NCBI RefSeq assembly: GCF_000195855.1
Contig: NC_002677.1
Span: 1,200,001 to 1,232,000, forward strand
DNA: 32,000 bases
Direction of reading: 5' to 3'
Source of the DNA: Mycobacterium leprae TN
GTDB lineage: Bacteria; Actinomycetota; Actinomycetes; Mycobacteriales; Mycobacteriaceae
Part shown: positions 21,787 to 31,836 of the stretch, in pieces
Layout: every line of letters starts with the position of its first letter
Numbering within the stretch: position 1 is the stretch's first letter
Program-made: the position numbers and the translations under genes
Notes under the pieces: generated by a model
The model's database searches: none
What the model was told of the DNA's origin: nothing
Seen by the model: only the letters and a program-made list of their open reading frames with translations

Positions 21787-22074
21787 ATGGGAAACATTAA
21801 CTACCAGTTTGGGGAGATCGACGCACATGGAGCGGCTATCCGCGCTCAAGCGGCTGCGTTGGAGACCACCCACCAGGCCATTCTAGCCACTGTGCGGGAC
21901 GCCGCTGAGTTTTGGGGCGGACAAGGTTCGACTGCCCATGAAATGTTCATAGCCGACCTGGGTCGTAACTTCCAGATGATTTACGAGCAGGCCAACTCTC
22001 ACGGCCAAAAGGTGCAACGCGCCAGCTCCTCCATGGCTGACACTGACCGCTCTGTCAGTTCCGCTTGGTCCTAA
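21787..22074 (+). CDS. esxL: ESAT-6-like WXG100 protein (EsxL/Rv1198 ortholog)
   Basis: MGNINYQFGEIDAHGAAIRAQAAALETTHQAILATVRDAAEFWGGQGSTAHEMFIADLGRNFQMIYEQANSHGQKVQRASSSMADTDRSVSSAWS, 95 aa, WGG turn. Confidence 0.94.
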   Translation: MGNINYQFGEIDAHGAAIRAQAAALETTHQAILATVRDAAEFWGGQGSTAHEMFIADLGRNFQMIYEQANSHGQKVQRASSSMADTDRSVSSAWS

Positions 22075-22265
22075 CGTAAAACTACCTAAGAGCCGCTCGC
22101 TGTCAATGTCGACACCGGGCGGCTTTTCCGGCAGTACTGAAGATCAGGACTTCTCAGCTGCGAGAGCGCTACCTGGCCTGTAGTCCGATCAAGTTGTACT
22201 TAGGGGGATTTGTGCGGTAATGCCTGTCGGCTTGTCCGGTAGGAACAAGTGCAGAGGAGAACGAG

Positions 22266-22602
22266 ATGGATTTCGGGGCGTTACTACGCAGAGATTAATT
22301 CGGCGAAAATGTATTTCGGCTTGGGTTCGGGCTCGATGTTGGTGGATGTCTTTCCCGCGGCTGAGGAGGTTGTCGAAGATACGGTGCTGGTACTAGTCGG
22401 TGACGAGGCCGCAGCGTTGGAGCAGTTACTGGGCCAGACGGCTGATGTGGCCGGCGCGGCCAAAAGCGGGCCTGTCCAGCCGATGGGGGATCGAGGGTCT
22501 GTCAGTCCGGTCGGACAGATGGTCCGCAGTGCGCTGCGGACTCCGACGCGCGCTTTCGCGATGCCCAGTTCCCCAGCCGCCGGATCGCTCCACTTAGGCT
22601 AA
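22266..22602 (+). pseudogene. Internally deleted PPE gene relic
   Basis: GAGGAGA then ATGGATTTCGGGGCG (MDFGALL), frameshift into YYAEINSAKMYFGLGSGSMLVDVFPAAEEV, and a PPE-type C-terminus SPVGQMVRSALRTPTRAFAMPSSPAAG. Confidence 0.75.
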
Positions 22603-22692
22603 ATTCATCCCCGACGGTTGGCCACTCGCTACCGTTACTTCGGATAAGTGCTGGCTGTGCATCTCGTCGGTGTCAGCGGTGGGGTCCGGCGG

Positions 22693-23646
22693 TTAGTTAG
22701 TGTGCAAGGCTTCGTTGAGCGTGCTCCCCCTACCGTCGCGGGCTACCACCTCGACCGCCCCTGTTACCGAATTGCGTCGGAACAACAGGTTGCTACCGCC
22801 GGAGAGCGCACGAGCCTTAACCGATTTGCCTTCTGGCGTATTGACCTTGGTGCCGGTAGTGACATATAAGCCGGCCTCAACGATGCAGTCGTCGCCCAAT
22901 GAGATACCCAGACCTGAGTTGGCTCCGAGCAGACACCGCTTGCCTATGGAAATGACCTGTGTGCCACCGCCGGACAGGGTACCCATGATCGACGCTCCAC
23001 CCCCGACGTGAGAGCCTTCGCCCACCACCACCCCCGCTGAGATGCGGCCCTCCACCATCGATGCGCCCAGGGTACCGGCATTGTAGTTGACAAAGCCCTC
23101 GTGCATCACGGTGGTGCCAGGCGCTAAGTGGGCGCCTAGCCGCACTCGGTCGGCGTTGGCGATGCGCACTCCGGTGGGGACGACATAGTCGACCATCCTG
23201 GGGAATTTGTCGACGCCATAGATGGTGACCGGTCCGTGGCGACGCAGCTGTGCCCGGACGGTGTCGAAACCGTCGATTGCGCAGGGTCCCCTACTAGTCC
23301 AAACCACATTGGTCAATACTCCGAACAAGCCGTCGGCGTTCAGCCCGTGCGGTGCCACCAGCCGGTGTGACAGCATATGTAACCGTAGGTAGGCGTCGTA
23401 AGCGTCGGCGGCGACTTCGTCCAATGAGCCGATGACCGTGCGGACCGCGATGGTCTCAGTGCCACGGTCGTCATCGCGGCCGGTAAGTACGGCCAGCTCG
23501 TAGGGAACGTCGGACATCGCCAGTTGCGAGGTGACGCTGGTGCCCGATTCGGTCAGTTTCGGTGCGGGAAACCAGGTGTCGAGGATCGATCCGTCGGCGG
23601 CCAGCGTCGCCAGCCCGATGCCAACCCCACCTGCAGTTCCTGTCAC
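22693..23646 (-). CDS. dapD: 2,3,4,5-tetrahydropyridine-2,6-dicarboxylate N-succinyltransferase
   Basis: 317 aa; [31 protein letters not shown]...[58 protein letters not shown] hexapeptide repeats. Confidence 0.95.
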   Translation of the reverse strand: MTGTAGGVGIGLATLAADGSILDTWFPAPKLTESGTSVTSQLAMSDVPYELAVLTGRDDDRGTETIAVRTVIGSLDEVAADAYDAYLRLHMLSHRLVAPHGLNADGLFGVLTNVVWTSRGPCAIDGFDTVRAQLRRHGPVTIYGVDKFPRMVDYVVPTGVRIANADRVRLGAHLAPGTTVMHEGFVNYNAGTLGASMVEGRISAGVVVGEGSHVGGGASIMGTLSGGGTQVISIGKRCLLGANSGLGISLGDDCIVEAGLYVTTGTKVNTPEGKSVKARALSGGSNLLFRRNSVTGAVEVVARDGRGSTLNEALHTN

Positions 23647-23699
23647 GGCGGTCAGGTTACTTGCTCGGCCTGGAAGACGTCATCAGTACCCTGGTCTGC

Positions 23700-24764
23700 G
23701 TGCTGGATTTGCGCGGGGACCCGATTGAGCTGACCGCGGCGCTCGTCGACATCCCCAGCGAGTCACGGGCTGAAGCACGCATCGCTGATGCGGTGGAGAC
23801 TGCGCTGCGGGCCCAGACCGCCGGCTTCGAGATTGTTCGTAACGGCAACGCTGTGTTGGCGCGCACCTCGTTGCACCGGCCGGCGCGGGTGCTGCTAGCC
23901 GGGCACCTAGACACCGTTCCGGTGGCCGGAAACCTGCCTAGCCGCTGCGAGAAGGACGTGCTACACGGCTGCGGCACCGTGGATATGAAATCCGGTGATG
24001 CGGTTTTCCTACACTTGGCGGCCACCGTGACCGAGCCGGTGCATGACTTGACGTTGATGTTCTACGACTGTGAAGAAATCGATTCTGCAGCAAATGGTTT
24101 GGTTCGCATCGAGCGGGAGCTGCCGGAGTGGCTCGCCGCTGACGTGGCCATCCTGGGTGAGCCCACCGGCGGCTATATCGAGGCCGGCTGCCAGGGGACG
24201 CTGCGCGTTGTGATTAATGCGGCTGGATCCCGTGCGCATTCTGCACGTTCCTGGTTGGGCGACAACGCAATCCATAAACTGGGTGCTGTGCTGGACCGGT
24301 TGGCTGCATATCGGGCGCGTACCGTCGACATCGATGGATGTGTCTACCGCGAGGGTCTATCTGCTGTGCGCGTCGACGGCGGTGTGGCCGGAAATGTGAT
24401 TCCCGATGCGGCCTCAGTGACAGTCAATTACCGCTTTGCTCCTGACCGTTCGGTGGCCGCGGCGTTGCGCCATGTGCACGACGTGTTCGATGGGCTCGAC
24501 GTACAGATCGAGCAGACCGACGCGGCGGTGGGTGCGCTGCCTGGCCTGTCGCAGCCGGCCGCCAAGGCCTTGGTCGAGGCCGCTGACGGGCAGGTCCGTG
24601 CGAAATACGGTTGGACGGATGTGTCACGATTCGCCGCGCTGGGTGTCCCGGCGGTTAACTACGGCCCTGGTGACCCCAACCTGGCGCACCGGCACGACGA
24701 ACGCGTGCCGGTCGTCCAGATCACCGCTGCTGTGGATATGTTGCGTCGATACCTCGGCGGCTGA
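23700..24764 (+). CDS. dapE: Succinyl-diaminopimelate desuccinylase
   Basis: GTG start [39 protein letters not shown]...[14 protein letters not shown]; [14 protein letters not shown]; 354 aa. ORF 23562..24764. Confidence 0.94.
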   Translation: MLDLRGDPIELTAALVDIPSESRAEARIADAVETALRAQTAGFEIVRNGNAVLARTSLHRPARVLLAGHLDTVPVAGNLPSRCEKDVLHGCGTVDMKSGDAVFLHLAATVTEPVHDLTLMFYDCEEIDSAANGLVRIERELPEWLAADVAILGEPTGGYIEAGCQGTLRVVINAAGSRAHSARSWLGDNAIHKLGAVLDRLAAYRARTVDIDGCVYREGLSAVRVDGGVAGNVIPDAASVTVNYRFAPDRSVAAALRHVHDVFDGLDVQIEQTDAAVGALPGLSQPAAKALVEAADGQVRAKYGWTDVSRFAALGVPAVNYGPGDPNLAHRHDERVPVVQITAAVDMLRRYLGG

Positions 24765-25099
24765 TCTTTGGCCGTCCGTGATCGGCATCTGGTAGCCGTT
24801 CGGCTACTGCGACAGCAGCCACTGAGATTATCCCGATAGCTGCCAGCTTCGCAGACACAGCCGTCAGGGCAGCAGGATCACGTGTGGCCAATGCGCGTTG
24901 TGCCATTGGCTCGACATTGTAGAAACGGCCTTGCCGCTCCGCGCACAGTGTGGCCGCGCTGGCCTCCTAGGCCACCCGCCAGATCACATTGGTCGACGGT
25001 AAGTTTTCAGCCACATTGCCGGTGATTTCGGCGGCTTTTCGACATTGCCCGCGTTCATGGCATAAGATAGCGTTAGGCGCGTAGGCCTGCATCCTTGAC

Positions 25100-26380
25100 C
25101 TGATTGCGGATGGTTGGCAGAAATGCGGTAGTCTATCCCGGCTCCCCTAGCATAGGGAATTGTACTGGTGTCCTACAGCAGTGTTCAGGCCATCAGATCC
25201 GGTGGCGACAGTGTTGCGGGGTCGGTGTTGTTTGGCAACGCACCGGCGTTCCGGCCTCGGACTTGCCAGGGCGTTGGTTAGCGACAGTTGTGCATCCAGG
25301 CTTGGGGGTCTGGGAAGCGTTGCAGCGTCGAGCGGGTTAGTCGTTAGCCCAGTGTGAAGGTCGCTGAGTCGCAGCGTTTGCTTCGCGGCGGCGACTTCAT
25401 CTAACTGCTTCGGGGCATCGCTGTCCAACACCAGGGACGCCAGCCGCGGCTGGTCACTAAGATTGTCCGACGAATGCCGCAAATGCAGCACGACCAGATC
25501 GGTGCGGCGCCATCGCGCACCGTCGGCGTCAAGCGCGGCACGCTCCCGCTCACCGAACAGCGGATGCGCTGTGTAAATCATCGGGTTGTCCGCGGGTTAG
25601 TTGCGTATTCGGGTTTCTGTTGCGCCTCATTCTTCGGTCTGCCTTACTGTGCCGTCGCCGGCGAGGGTGGTGAGGTCGGCGAGCGTCAGCGGCTCCTCGA
25701 CGGCGAGGTAATCCAGTATCGTCCGCCTCGGCATAGGTAACTTGGCGATTAATTCGTCGACCTCCGCTGGCTCGGGAGGACTTTAGTCACGTCGCTGAGT
25801 GCGTCCCGCTTCAGCAGACCTTCGGTCCACAGCGCTGCACTGGTCCTAGGGGCGGCGTCAGCGCGGGTAGTCACAATCATCCGGGGCCGTGACGGTCAGC
25901 GCTAACTGTTACACCAGTGTGGTCGATAGGACGTCTAGGTCGTGGGCATCGTCGATGACAAGCAGCAGATCGCGCGCCGTCGATTCGTTTTTCGCCTCAA
26001 CGATGCTCGGGCTGCTCACCATAACGCAGCTGGTTTCCCGATATGGGTGATGTCAGCCGGGTGGTTGAAGGCGCCGAACGGGACCGCACTCGGTTGGGGT
26101 GCCGATAACCTAGCGGATGACGGTGCTCGGGTGGCGACCGATGAATTGTTCAGCGGCCAAGCGGGCCAAGATGGGCTTGCCGACGCCATCGGCTCCAAGT
26201 ACAACGGCACCCACCCGGAGACGATGTCGGGTGGGTGCCAGCTTGACATGGCGGAGCGGGGCGATTTGATCCCAGACTACGACAACCTCACAGAGGGGAA
26301 ACATACAGCTGCCCCAAGGCGGCCGCTTGTTGAGGGATGTTCCATCGAATCGGTACTGCCGGATTTTAGTTGTGTGCGGG
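25100..26380 (-). pseudogene. LuxR/MalT-type large ATPase regulator pseudogene (Rv1204c-like)
   Basis: Reverse-strand pieces in order: VGAVVLGADGVGKPILARLAAEQF (Walker A-like), VPFGAFNHPADITHIGKPA, RDLLLVIDDAHDLDVLST (Walker B), ELIAKLPMPRRTILDYLAVEEPLTLADLTTLAGDGTVRQTEE, MIYTAHPLFGERERAALDADGARWRRTDLV. Confidence 0.75.
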
Positions 26381-26441
26381 CCGGCTGGTTGTGTGGCTGG
26401 TGTAATGGTCCCAATGGCGTCGGGTCTACCTTTGAACGACT

Positions 26442-27005
26442 ATGCGTTCGGATCGCGGTAAACCCAATGCGTGGGCGATTTGTGTCTTTTGCGCGGCTGG
26501 ACCGATGCACCCGGAGCTGCTCGAACTGGCCGCCGAACTTGGTGAGGCGATTGCTGAGCGCGGCTGGACCCTGGTCTGGGGCGGTGGCCGCGTTTCAGCG
26601 ATGGGTGCGGTGGCGTCCGCGGCGTGGACACGCGGCGGTCGGATAGTCGGCGTGATCCCGGAAATGTTGCAACGCCGCGAGATTGCCGACACCTATGTCG
26701 GTGAGCTGATCGTCACCGAAACGATGGCCGAACGTAAACAGGTCTTGGACGATCACGCTGATGCGTTCATCGTGTTGCCGGGTGGTCTGGGGACCCTCGA
26801 TGAGCTATTCGAAGCATGGACCGCGGGCTATTTGGGTATGCACCGTAAACCCATCGTAATGCTGGACCCCTGGGGGCACTACGAAGGCCTTTGGGCTTGG
26901 CTGCACGGATTGATCGATAGTGGCTATGTTTCGCCGGTAGCGATGGAGCGGCTGGTGGTGGTTGACCAGGTGGATGCCGCGCTTGAGGCTTGTATGTCCG
27001 TCTGA
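26442..27005 (+). CDS. LOG-family protein (TIGR00730, putative cytokinin riboside 5'-monophosphate phosphoribohydrolase; Rv1205-like)
   Basis: 187 aa; ICVFCAAGP...LVWGGGRVSAMGAVASAAW...PGGLGTLDELFEAWT. Confidence 0.93.
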   Translation: MRSDRGKPNAWAICVFCAAGPMHPELLELAAELGEAIAERGWTLVWGGGRVSAMGAVASAAWTRGGRIVGVIPEMLQRREIADTYVGELIVTETMAERKQVLDDHADAFIVLPGGLGTLDELFEAWTAGYLGMHRKPIVMLDPWGHYEGLWAWLHGLIDSGYVSPVAMERLVVVDQVDAALEACMSV

Positions 27006-27199
27006 GTTTGCTTGACAACGGAAATTTGGAGTGTAGGTCTGACCCACGGTGCTGCGCGCACAATTGAGTCAACCTGATCGATATCGTATCTGGGGTCGCT
27101 GGCATTTTGGCCGATATGCTGTTGATCATATGAGGAGTGCTGACCGGGCTTTCGGCTTGGCCGAGCTCGAAGAAGTCGATCGGCATCGTCTATCCAGCA

Positions 27200-28640
27200 G
27201 CGGGCAGCTCGCTCCGGTGACTGGATTTTCTTCAGATTCGCCGATCAGCTAGTGAGCTACCGCGACGGCAACGTTACCGCCAACCAGTACGCAGTAGTGG
27301 CTGGTTGCATGCGGTGTCGGCCCTCACGACGTCGTTGCGATGATGCTGCGCAACTCGTCTAATACGGTGCTGGCTGTGGTTACGTGTGGGTACCATGCGG
27401 CGGGCAATGCGCAACTATAACCAGTTGTGACGAGGTATTGGCGCCCAGCCTGGGCTTGCTCGACGCCAAGGTGTTGATCGCGGAGACCGGTTTGGTCAGC
27501 GCTGTCGCCGAATGCAGTGGCTCGAGTGGCAGCGAGCCGCTGACCATCTAGGATCCAGAGCGATTCGTCGCGACAGCTCCTGCCACGGCTTCTGCAGTGT
27601 TGGCGAAAGACATCGCCTTCGTACATTTTCCCCTGAGGGATCATCGAATTACCCAAACTGAGTGTGATGACTTACTACTGGCGGCTACGTGGGCTGGTGG
27701 CATTCGACAAGCTGGGCTTATGCTTGAAGAACTTTAACACATGGTACATCCTTTTGCAACCATACCACAAATAACGCTCTGACGGTTACGGCGGCTTCCG
27801 TGGTCGATTCGACCTTGACGTTGGCCCTGGTTGAGCTGTTTTTGGCGTTGCGGTTCTAGGAATAGACGATTGCCAGCCGGACCACGGCGTTCAATCGACA
27901 TCCAGCCGGCCAAGCTGACCGACTGGCCAGCACCGGGTGCGCTTGATCGCCAGCAAGGGGCTACTACCGGAGATTTGGAACGAGTTCACCACACGTTTCG
28001 GCATTGCGCGGGTGTGTGTGTTGAGTATCGTTGCCTCTAGCGAAGGCAATACCGCTTCAATATCAATATCTTCAATGTGTACGGAACTACCGGGTTCTCG
28101 CCGGAGCCGCTGGCTGGTGTGGAGTATACTATTGACACTGGTGCTCCGCTGCGCGACGCTCTCCGGGTTGGTCACTGCTCGTTCAATTCAGGCGACGTGA
28201 TGAGGCCGCACGGTATGTGACATGGCTGCGTTTGTCGACCGGCTTGGTGACGCGTTCCGCTGGAAGGGTAATAAAGTCGCCACCACACAGGTCGAAGTGG
28301 TGCTGACGTCCGACAAGTCCGTCGAGGAGTGCATGATTTTTGGTATTGAGGTTTCATGCACCGCCGGCTGCGCCGGGATGGCTGCGATCAAGCGGGGCGA
28401 AGGCGCCGAATTCGACGGCCGATTTCTGGCCCGCGCGGTGTACGGCCAGTTGTATGCCTACTAGCTGCCGCTGTTCGTGCGGGGTGGTCGAGTCGATTAT
28501 GCACACCACCACGTGCAAGAGTTGCAAGGTGGAGATGCGTAAGCAAGCTTATGACCCTAAATGTAGCGGGCCCGCTGAACGTGTTGGTCTGCCGTGCCGA
28601 CGGCTATTTTCCCTACACATACTACGATAGGCTAACCAGC
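27200..28640 (+). pseudogene. fadD6: fadD6-like acyl-CoA synthetase pseudogene
   Basis: Ordered fragments: LAPSLGLLDAKVLIAETGLVSAVAECSG; LLPEIWNEFTTRFGIARVC; SSEGNTASIS; FNSGDVMRPHGM; AAFVDRLGDAFRWKGNKVATTQVEVVLTSDKSVEECMIFG; AGMAAIKRGEGAEFDGRFLARAVYGQL. The left end is approximate. Confidence 0.85.
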
Positions 28641-28775
28641 CGAAGTGTCGTCTGTCAGGTAAGCGACTGCAAGGCTGACGTCCCCGCTCACGCCGAGTGT
28701 GCGACTGGTCGCACACTCGGCGTGAAGGATGGTCCCGCAACAATGCGGCTGGTCGTCACCAGGCAATATTGACTG

Positions 28776-29651
28776 GTGCAGTCAATGCTGTGCGGCCGGC
28801 CGGTCGCAGCGGATCGCCAACTGATCATGGCGATCGTCAACCGTACCCCGGATTCGTTCTATGACCGGGGCGCGACCTTCAGTGACGAGGCTGCTCGTGC
28901 TGCAGCGCACCGGGCCGTTGCGGAGGGCGCCGATGTCATCGATGTCGGCGGCGTTAAAGCAGGGCCTGGTCAGGGCGTTGACGTAGACACCGAGATCGCC
29001 CGGTTGGTTCCGTTCATCGAATGGCTACGCAGCGCCTATACAGACCTGCTGATCAGCGTAGACACCTGGCGAGCAGAGGTAGCAAGACTGGCTTGCACTG
29101 CGGGCGCAGACCTGATCAACGACAGCTGGGGTGGAGCCGACCCGGCCATGCATGAGGTCGCCGCTGAGCTTGGCGCGGGCCTGGTGTGTTCGCACACCGG
29201 TGGCGCGCTGCCCCGCACGCGTCCCTTTCGGGTGAGTTACGGTACGACGACCCGCGGTGTGGTGGACGATGTGATTCGCCAGGTCACTGCAGCTGCCGAG
29301 CGCGCGGTCGCGGCCGGGGTAACCCGCGATTCGGTGTTGGTCGACCCGACCCACGATTTCGGCAAGAACACTTTCCACGGGCTGCTGCTGTTGCGTCATG
29401 TAGACGAACTTGTTAAGACCGGGTGGCCCGTGCTCATGTCGTTGAGCAATAAGGACTTCGTCGGGGAGACTCTGGGCGTGGGTTTGACGGAACGGCTAGA
29501 GGGTACGTTGGCGGCCACTGCGTTGGCGGCGGCAGCTGGCGTCCGCATGTTTCGGGTGCACGAGGTCGTAGCGACCAGGCGGGTTCTGGAGATGGTGGCT
29601 TCGATCCAGGGGACGCGTCCCCCAACGCGCACGGTGAGGGGACTCGCATGA
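28776..29651 (+). CDS. folP2: Dihydropteroate synthase homolog 2
   Basis: 291 aa: LCGRPVAADRQLIMAIVNRTPDSFYDRGATFSDEAARAAAHRAVAEGADVIDVGGVKAGPG...ADLINDSWGGADPAMHEVAAELG. Start could be GTG 28776 or ATG 28785. Confidence 0.93.
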   Translation: MQSMLCGRPVAADRQLIMAIVNRTPDSFYDRGATFSDEAARAAAHRAVAEGADVIDVGGVKAGPGQGVDVDTEIARLVPFIEWLRSAYTDLLISVDTWRAEVARLACTAGADLINDSWGGADPAMHEVAAELGAGLVCSHTGGALPRTRPFRVSYGTTTRGVVDDVIRQVTAAAERAVAAGVTRDSVLVDPTHDFGKNTFHGLLLLRHVDELVKTGWPVLMSLSNKDFVGETLGVGLTERLEGTLAATALAAAAGVRMFRVHEVVATRRVLEMVASIQGTRPPTRTVRGLA

Positions 29652-30628
29652 CGGCATCGGAGTTGATCGCCAGCGCGCTAGCGGCCCGGTCCGGAGATGC
29701 GTGGCTCGCGGATCGCAGCTGGAGCCGTCCAGCCTGGACGATCGACGAATTGGTGGCAGCCAAGGCCGGGCGGGCAATCTCGGTGGTGCTACCGGCTCTC
29801 AATGAGGAACAAACCATCGAATCGGTGATCGACAGCATCTCACCGCTGGTCTCCGATCGTGCGGGGCTGGTCGACGAACTGATCGTTCTGGACTCTGGTT
29901 CAACGGACGAGACTGAGATCCGGGCCATCGCTGCCGGCGCCCGAGTGGTCAGTTGTGAACAGGCTATGCCTGAGGTCCCAACCCGGCCCGGCAAAGGTGA
30001 GGCATTGTGGCGCTCGCTTGCTGTGACCAGCGGCGACATCGTGGTGTTCGTCGATTCTGACCTGATCAATCCGCATCCTATGTTTGTGCCGTGGCTGGTC
30101 GGTCCGCTGCTCACCGGCGACGGCATTCACCTGGTCAAAGGTTTTTACCGGCGGCCACTAAACAGCAACGATGCGGGCGGCAGTGCTCGTGCCACCGGTG
30201 GCGGCCGGGTCACCGAGTTGGTGGCCCGGCCGTTGTTGGCGTCGTTGCGGCCGCAGTTGGGATACGTGCTGCAGCCCCTGAGCGGCGAGTACGCAGCTAC
30301 CCGCGAATTGCTGACAGCGTTGCCCTTTGCACCGGGCTATGGCGTGGAGATCGGCCTGCTGGTGGACACCTTTGATCGACTGGGTCTTGACGCGATCGCG
30401 CAGGTAAACCTGGGCGTTCGAGCGCACCGTAACCGGCCGCTGGCTGAGTTGGGTGCCATGAGCCGTCAGGTGATTGCGACTTTGCTGTCGCGTTGCGGTA
30501 TTCTCGACTCTGGGGTTGGGCTGACCCAATTCTTCGTCGACGAGTCCGACGGTGACGGGTACATCCGGCATACTTGGTCGGTGTCGCTGGCCGATCGGCC
30601 AGCGATGAGCAGGTTGCGGCCGCGTTAA
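29648..30628 (+). CDS. gpgS: Glucosyl-3-phosphoglycerate synthase
   Basis: 326 aa; GT-A fold ISVVLPALNEEQTIESVIDSI...DELIVLDSGSTDETEIRAIAAGARVV...GDIVVFVDSDLINPHPMFV. Overlaps the folP2 stop. Confidence 0.94.
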   Translation: MTASELIASALAARSGDAWLADRSWSRPAWTIDELVAAKAGRAISVVLPALNEEQTIESVIDSISPLVSDRAGLVDELIVLDSGSTDETEIRAIAAGARVVSCEQAMPEVPTRPGKGEALWRSLAVTSGDIVVFVDSDLINPHPMFVPWLVGPLLTGDGIHLVKGFYRRPLNSNDAGGSARATGGGRVTELVARPLLASLRPQLGYVLQPLSGEYAATRELLTALPFAPGYGVEIGLLVDTFDRLGLDAIAQVNLGVRAHRNRPLAELGAMSRQVIATLLSRCGILDSGVGLTQFFVDESDGDGYIRHTWSVSLADRPAMSRLRPR

Positions 30629-30643
30629 GGCAATATCGTTCCT

Positions 30644-30988
30644 GTGGCGTTGGTTTTGTTGTACCTGGTGGTGTTGGTCCTCGTCGCGATCGTACTGTTT
30701 GGCGCAGCCAGCCTACTTTTCGGTCGCGGTGAGCGGCTGCCGCCTTTGCCTCGCGGGACGACGGCGACGGTGTTGCCTGCGCATGGAGTCACCGGCGCTG
30801 ATGTCGACGCTGTCAAGTTCACCCAGGTGTTGCGCGGGTACAAGCCCAGTGAGGTGGATTGGGTGCTGGACCGGCTCGGCCGCGAGCTCGAGGCGTTACG
30901 TGGTCAGCTCGCGGCTATCGCCGACGCCGAAGCAGATGCCGATGTCTCGAATGTTCCCAGCGGGGACGACGGCCAGGATGTGACGTGA
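30644..30988 (+). CDS. Small DivIVA-domain membrane protein (Rv1209-like)
   Basis: 114 aa: LVLLYLVVLVLVAIVLFGAASLLFGRGE... then VDAVKFTQVLRGYKPSEVDWVLDRLGRELEALR (DivIVA/DivI1A signature). Confidence 0.88.
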   Translation: MALVLLYLVVLVLVAIVLFGAASLLFGRGERLPPLPRGTTATVLPAHGVTGADVDAVKFTQVLRGYKPSEVDWVLDRLGRELEALRGQLAAIADAEADADVSNVPSGDDGQDVT

Positions 30989-31563
30989 GCGACGATGGGC
31001 TGGTTCGCTGTGGCTGGGCGGACGTTCGATCCGGGCTCCACTGGCAGCTGTATCGCAACTATCACGACCAAGAGTGGGGCAGCCCAGTACGATGCGGAGT
31101 GGCCTTGTTCGAGCGGATGAGCCTGGAGGCCTTTCAGAGTGGTCTGTCGTGGCTGCTCATTCTGCGCAAACGGGAAAATTTCCGGCGCGCCTTCTCCGGG
31201 TTCGATATCGAAGAGGTAGCCCGTTATACCCATGCCGATGTGCAACGGTTGTTGTTCGATGACGGAATTGTGCGCAACCGCGTCAAGATCGAGGCGACAA
31301 TCGCCAACGCGCGTGCGGCCGCTGAGCTGGGGTCTGCAGCAGACTTGTCTGAGTTGCTGTGGTCATTCGCCCCACAGCCGCGGTCCAGGCCCGCTGACGG
31401 ATCCGAAATCCCTTCGACCAGTGCGGAAGCGAAGGCGATGGCGCGTGAATTGAAACGGCGCGGGTTCCGCTTCGTCGGGCCTACTACGGCCTATGCACTT
31501 ATGCAGGCTACGGGGATGGTTGACGATCACATCTGTACTTGCTGGGTGCCTCCAACACGGTGA
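30985..31563 (+). CDS. tagA: DNA-3-methyladenine glycosylase I
   Basis: GTG start overlapping the previous stop (GTGA); DDGLVRCGWADVRSGLHWQLYRNYHDQEWGSPV...LFERMSLEAFQSGLSWLLILRKRENFRRAFSGFD...RGFRFVGPTTAYALMQATGMVDDHICTCW; 192 aa. Confidence 0.94.
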   Translation: MSDDGLVRCGWADVRSGLHWQLYRNYHDQEWGSPVRCGVALFERMSLEAFQSGLSWLLILRKRENFRRAFSGFDIEEVARYTHADVQRLLFDDGIVRNRVKIEATIANARAAAELGSAADLSELLWSFAPQPRSRPADGSEIPSTSAEAKAMARELKRRGFRFVGPTTAYALMQATGMVDDHICTCWVPPTR

Positions 31564-31836
31564 CCCCAACTTTCCGAACGGGCCACCGACGAGGCCTTGT
31601 TGTGGGGGGCACACCCAGCCGCGCAGCAGCGATGGAGCGAGCCGGGCAACTAGGCACAGCATCCTGGTTAAGCCCGAGAACCGGGTCTTTGTGCATTCAC
31701 CGACCTGAATAGGGAAGAATAGAGGGGTGATTTGGCAGTTCAATGTTGGGTATTACTGTAAATCCCCCGAGGGGGCATGCTCGGCGCCGAATGGGTCCGC
31801 GAGGGCGGGCCAGCTCGAGTTTGGAGGGAGCACACG

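Noticed and set aside
29025-29632. Minus-strand ORFs of 124 and 78 aa inside folP2
   Set aside because: Antisense shadow ORFs of a conserved gene.
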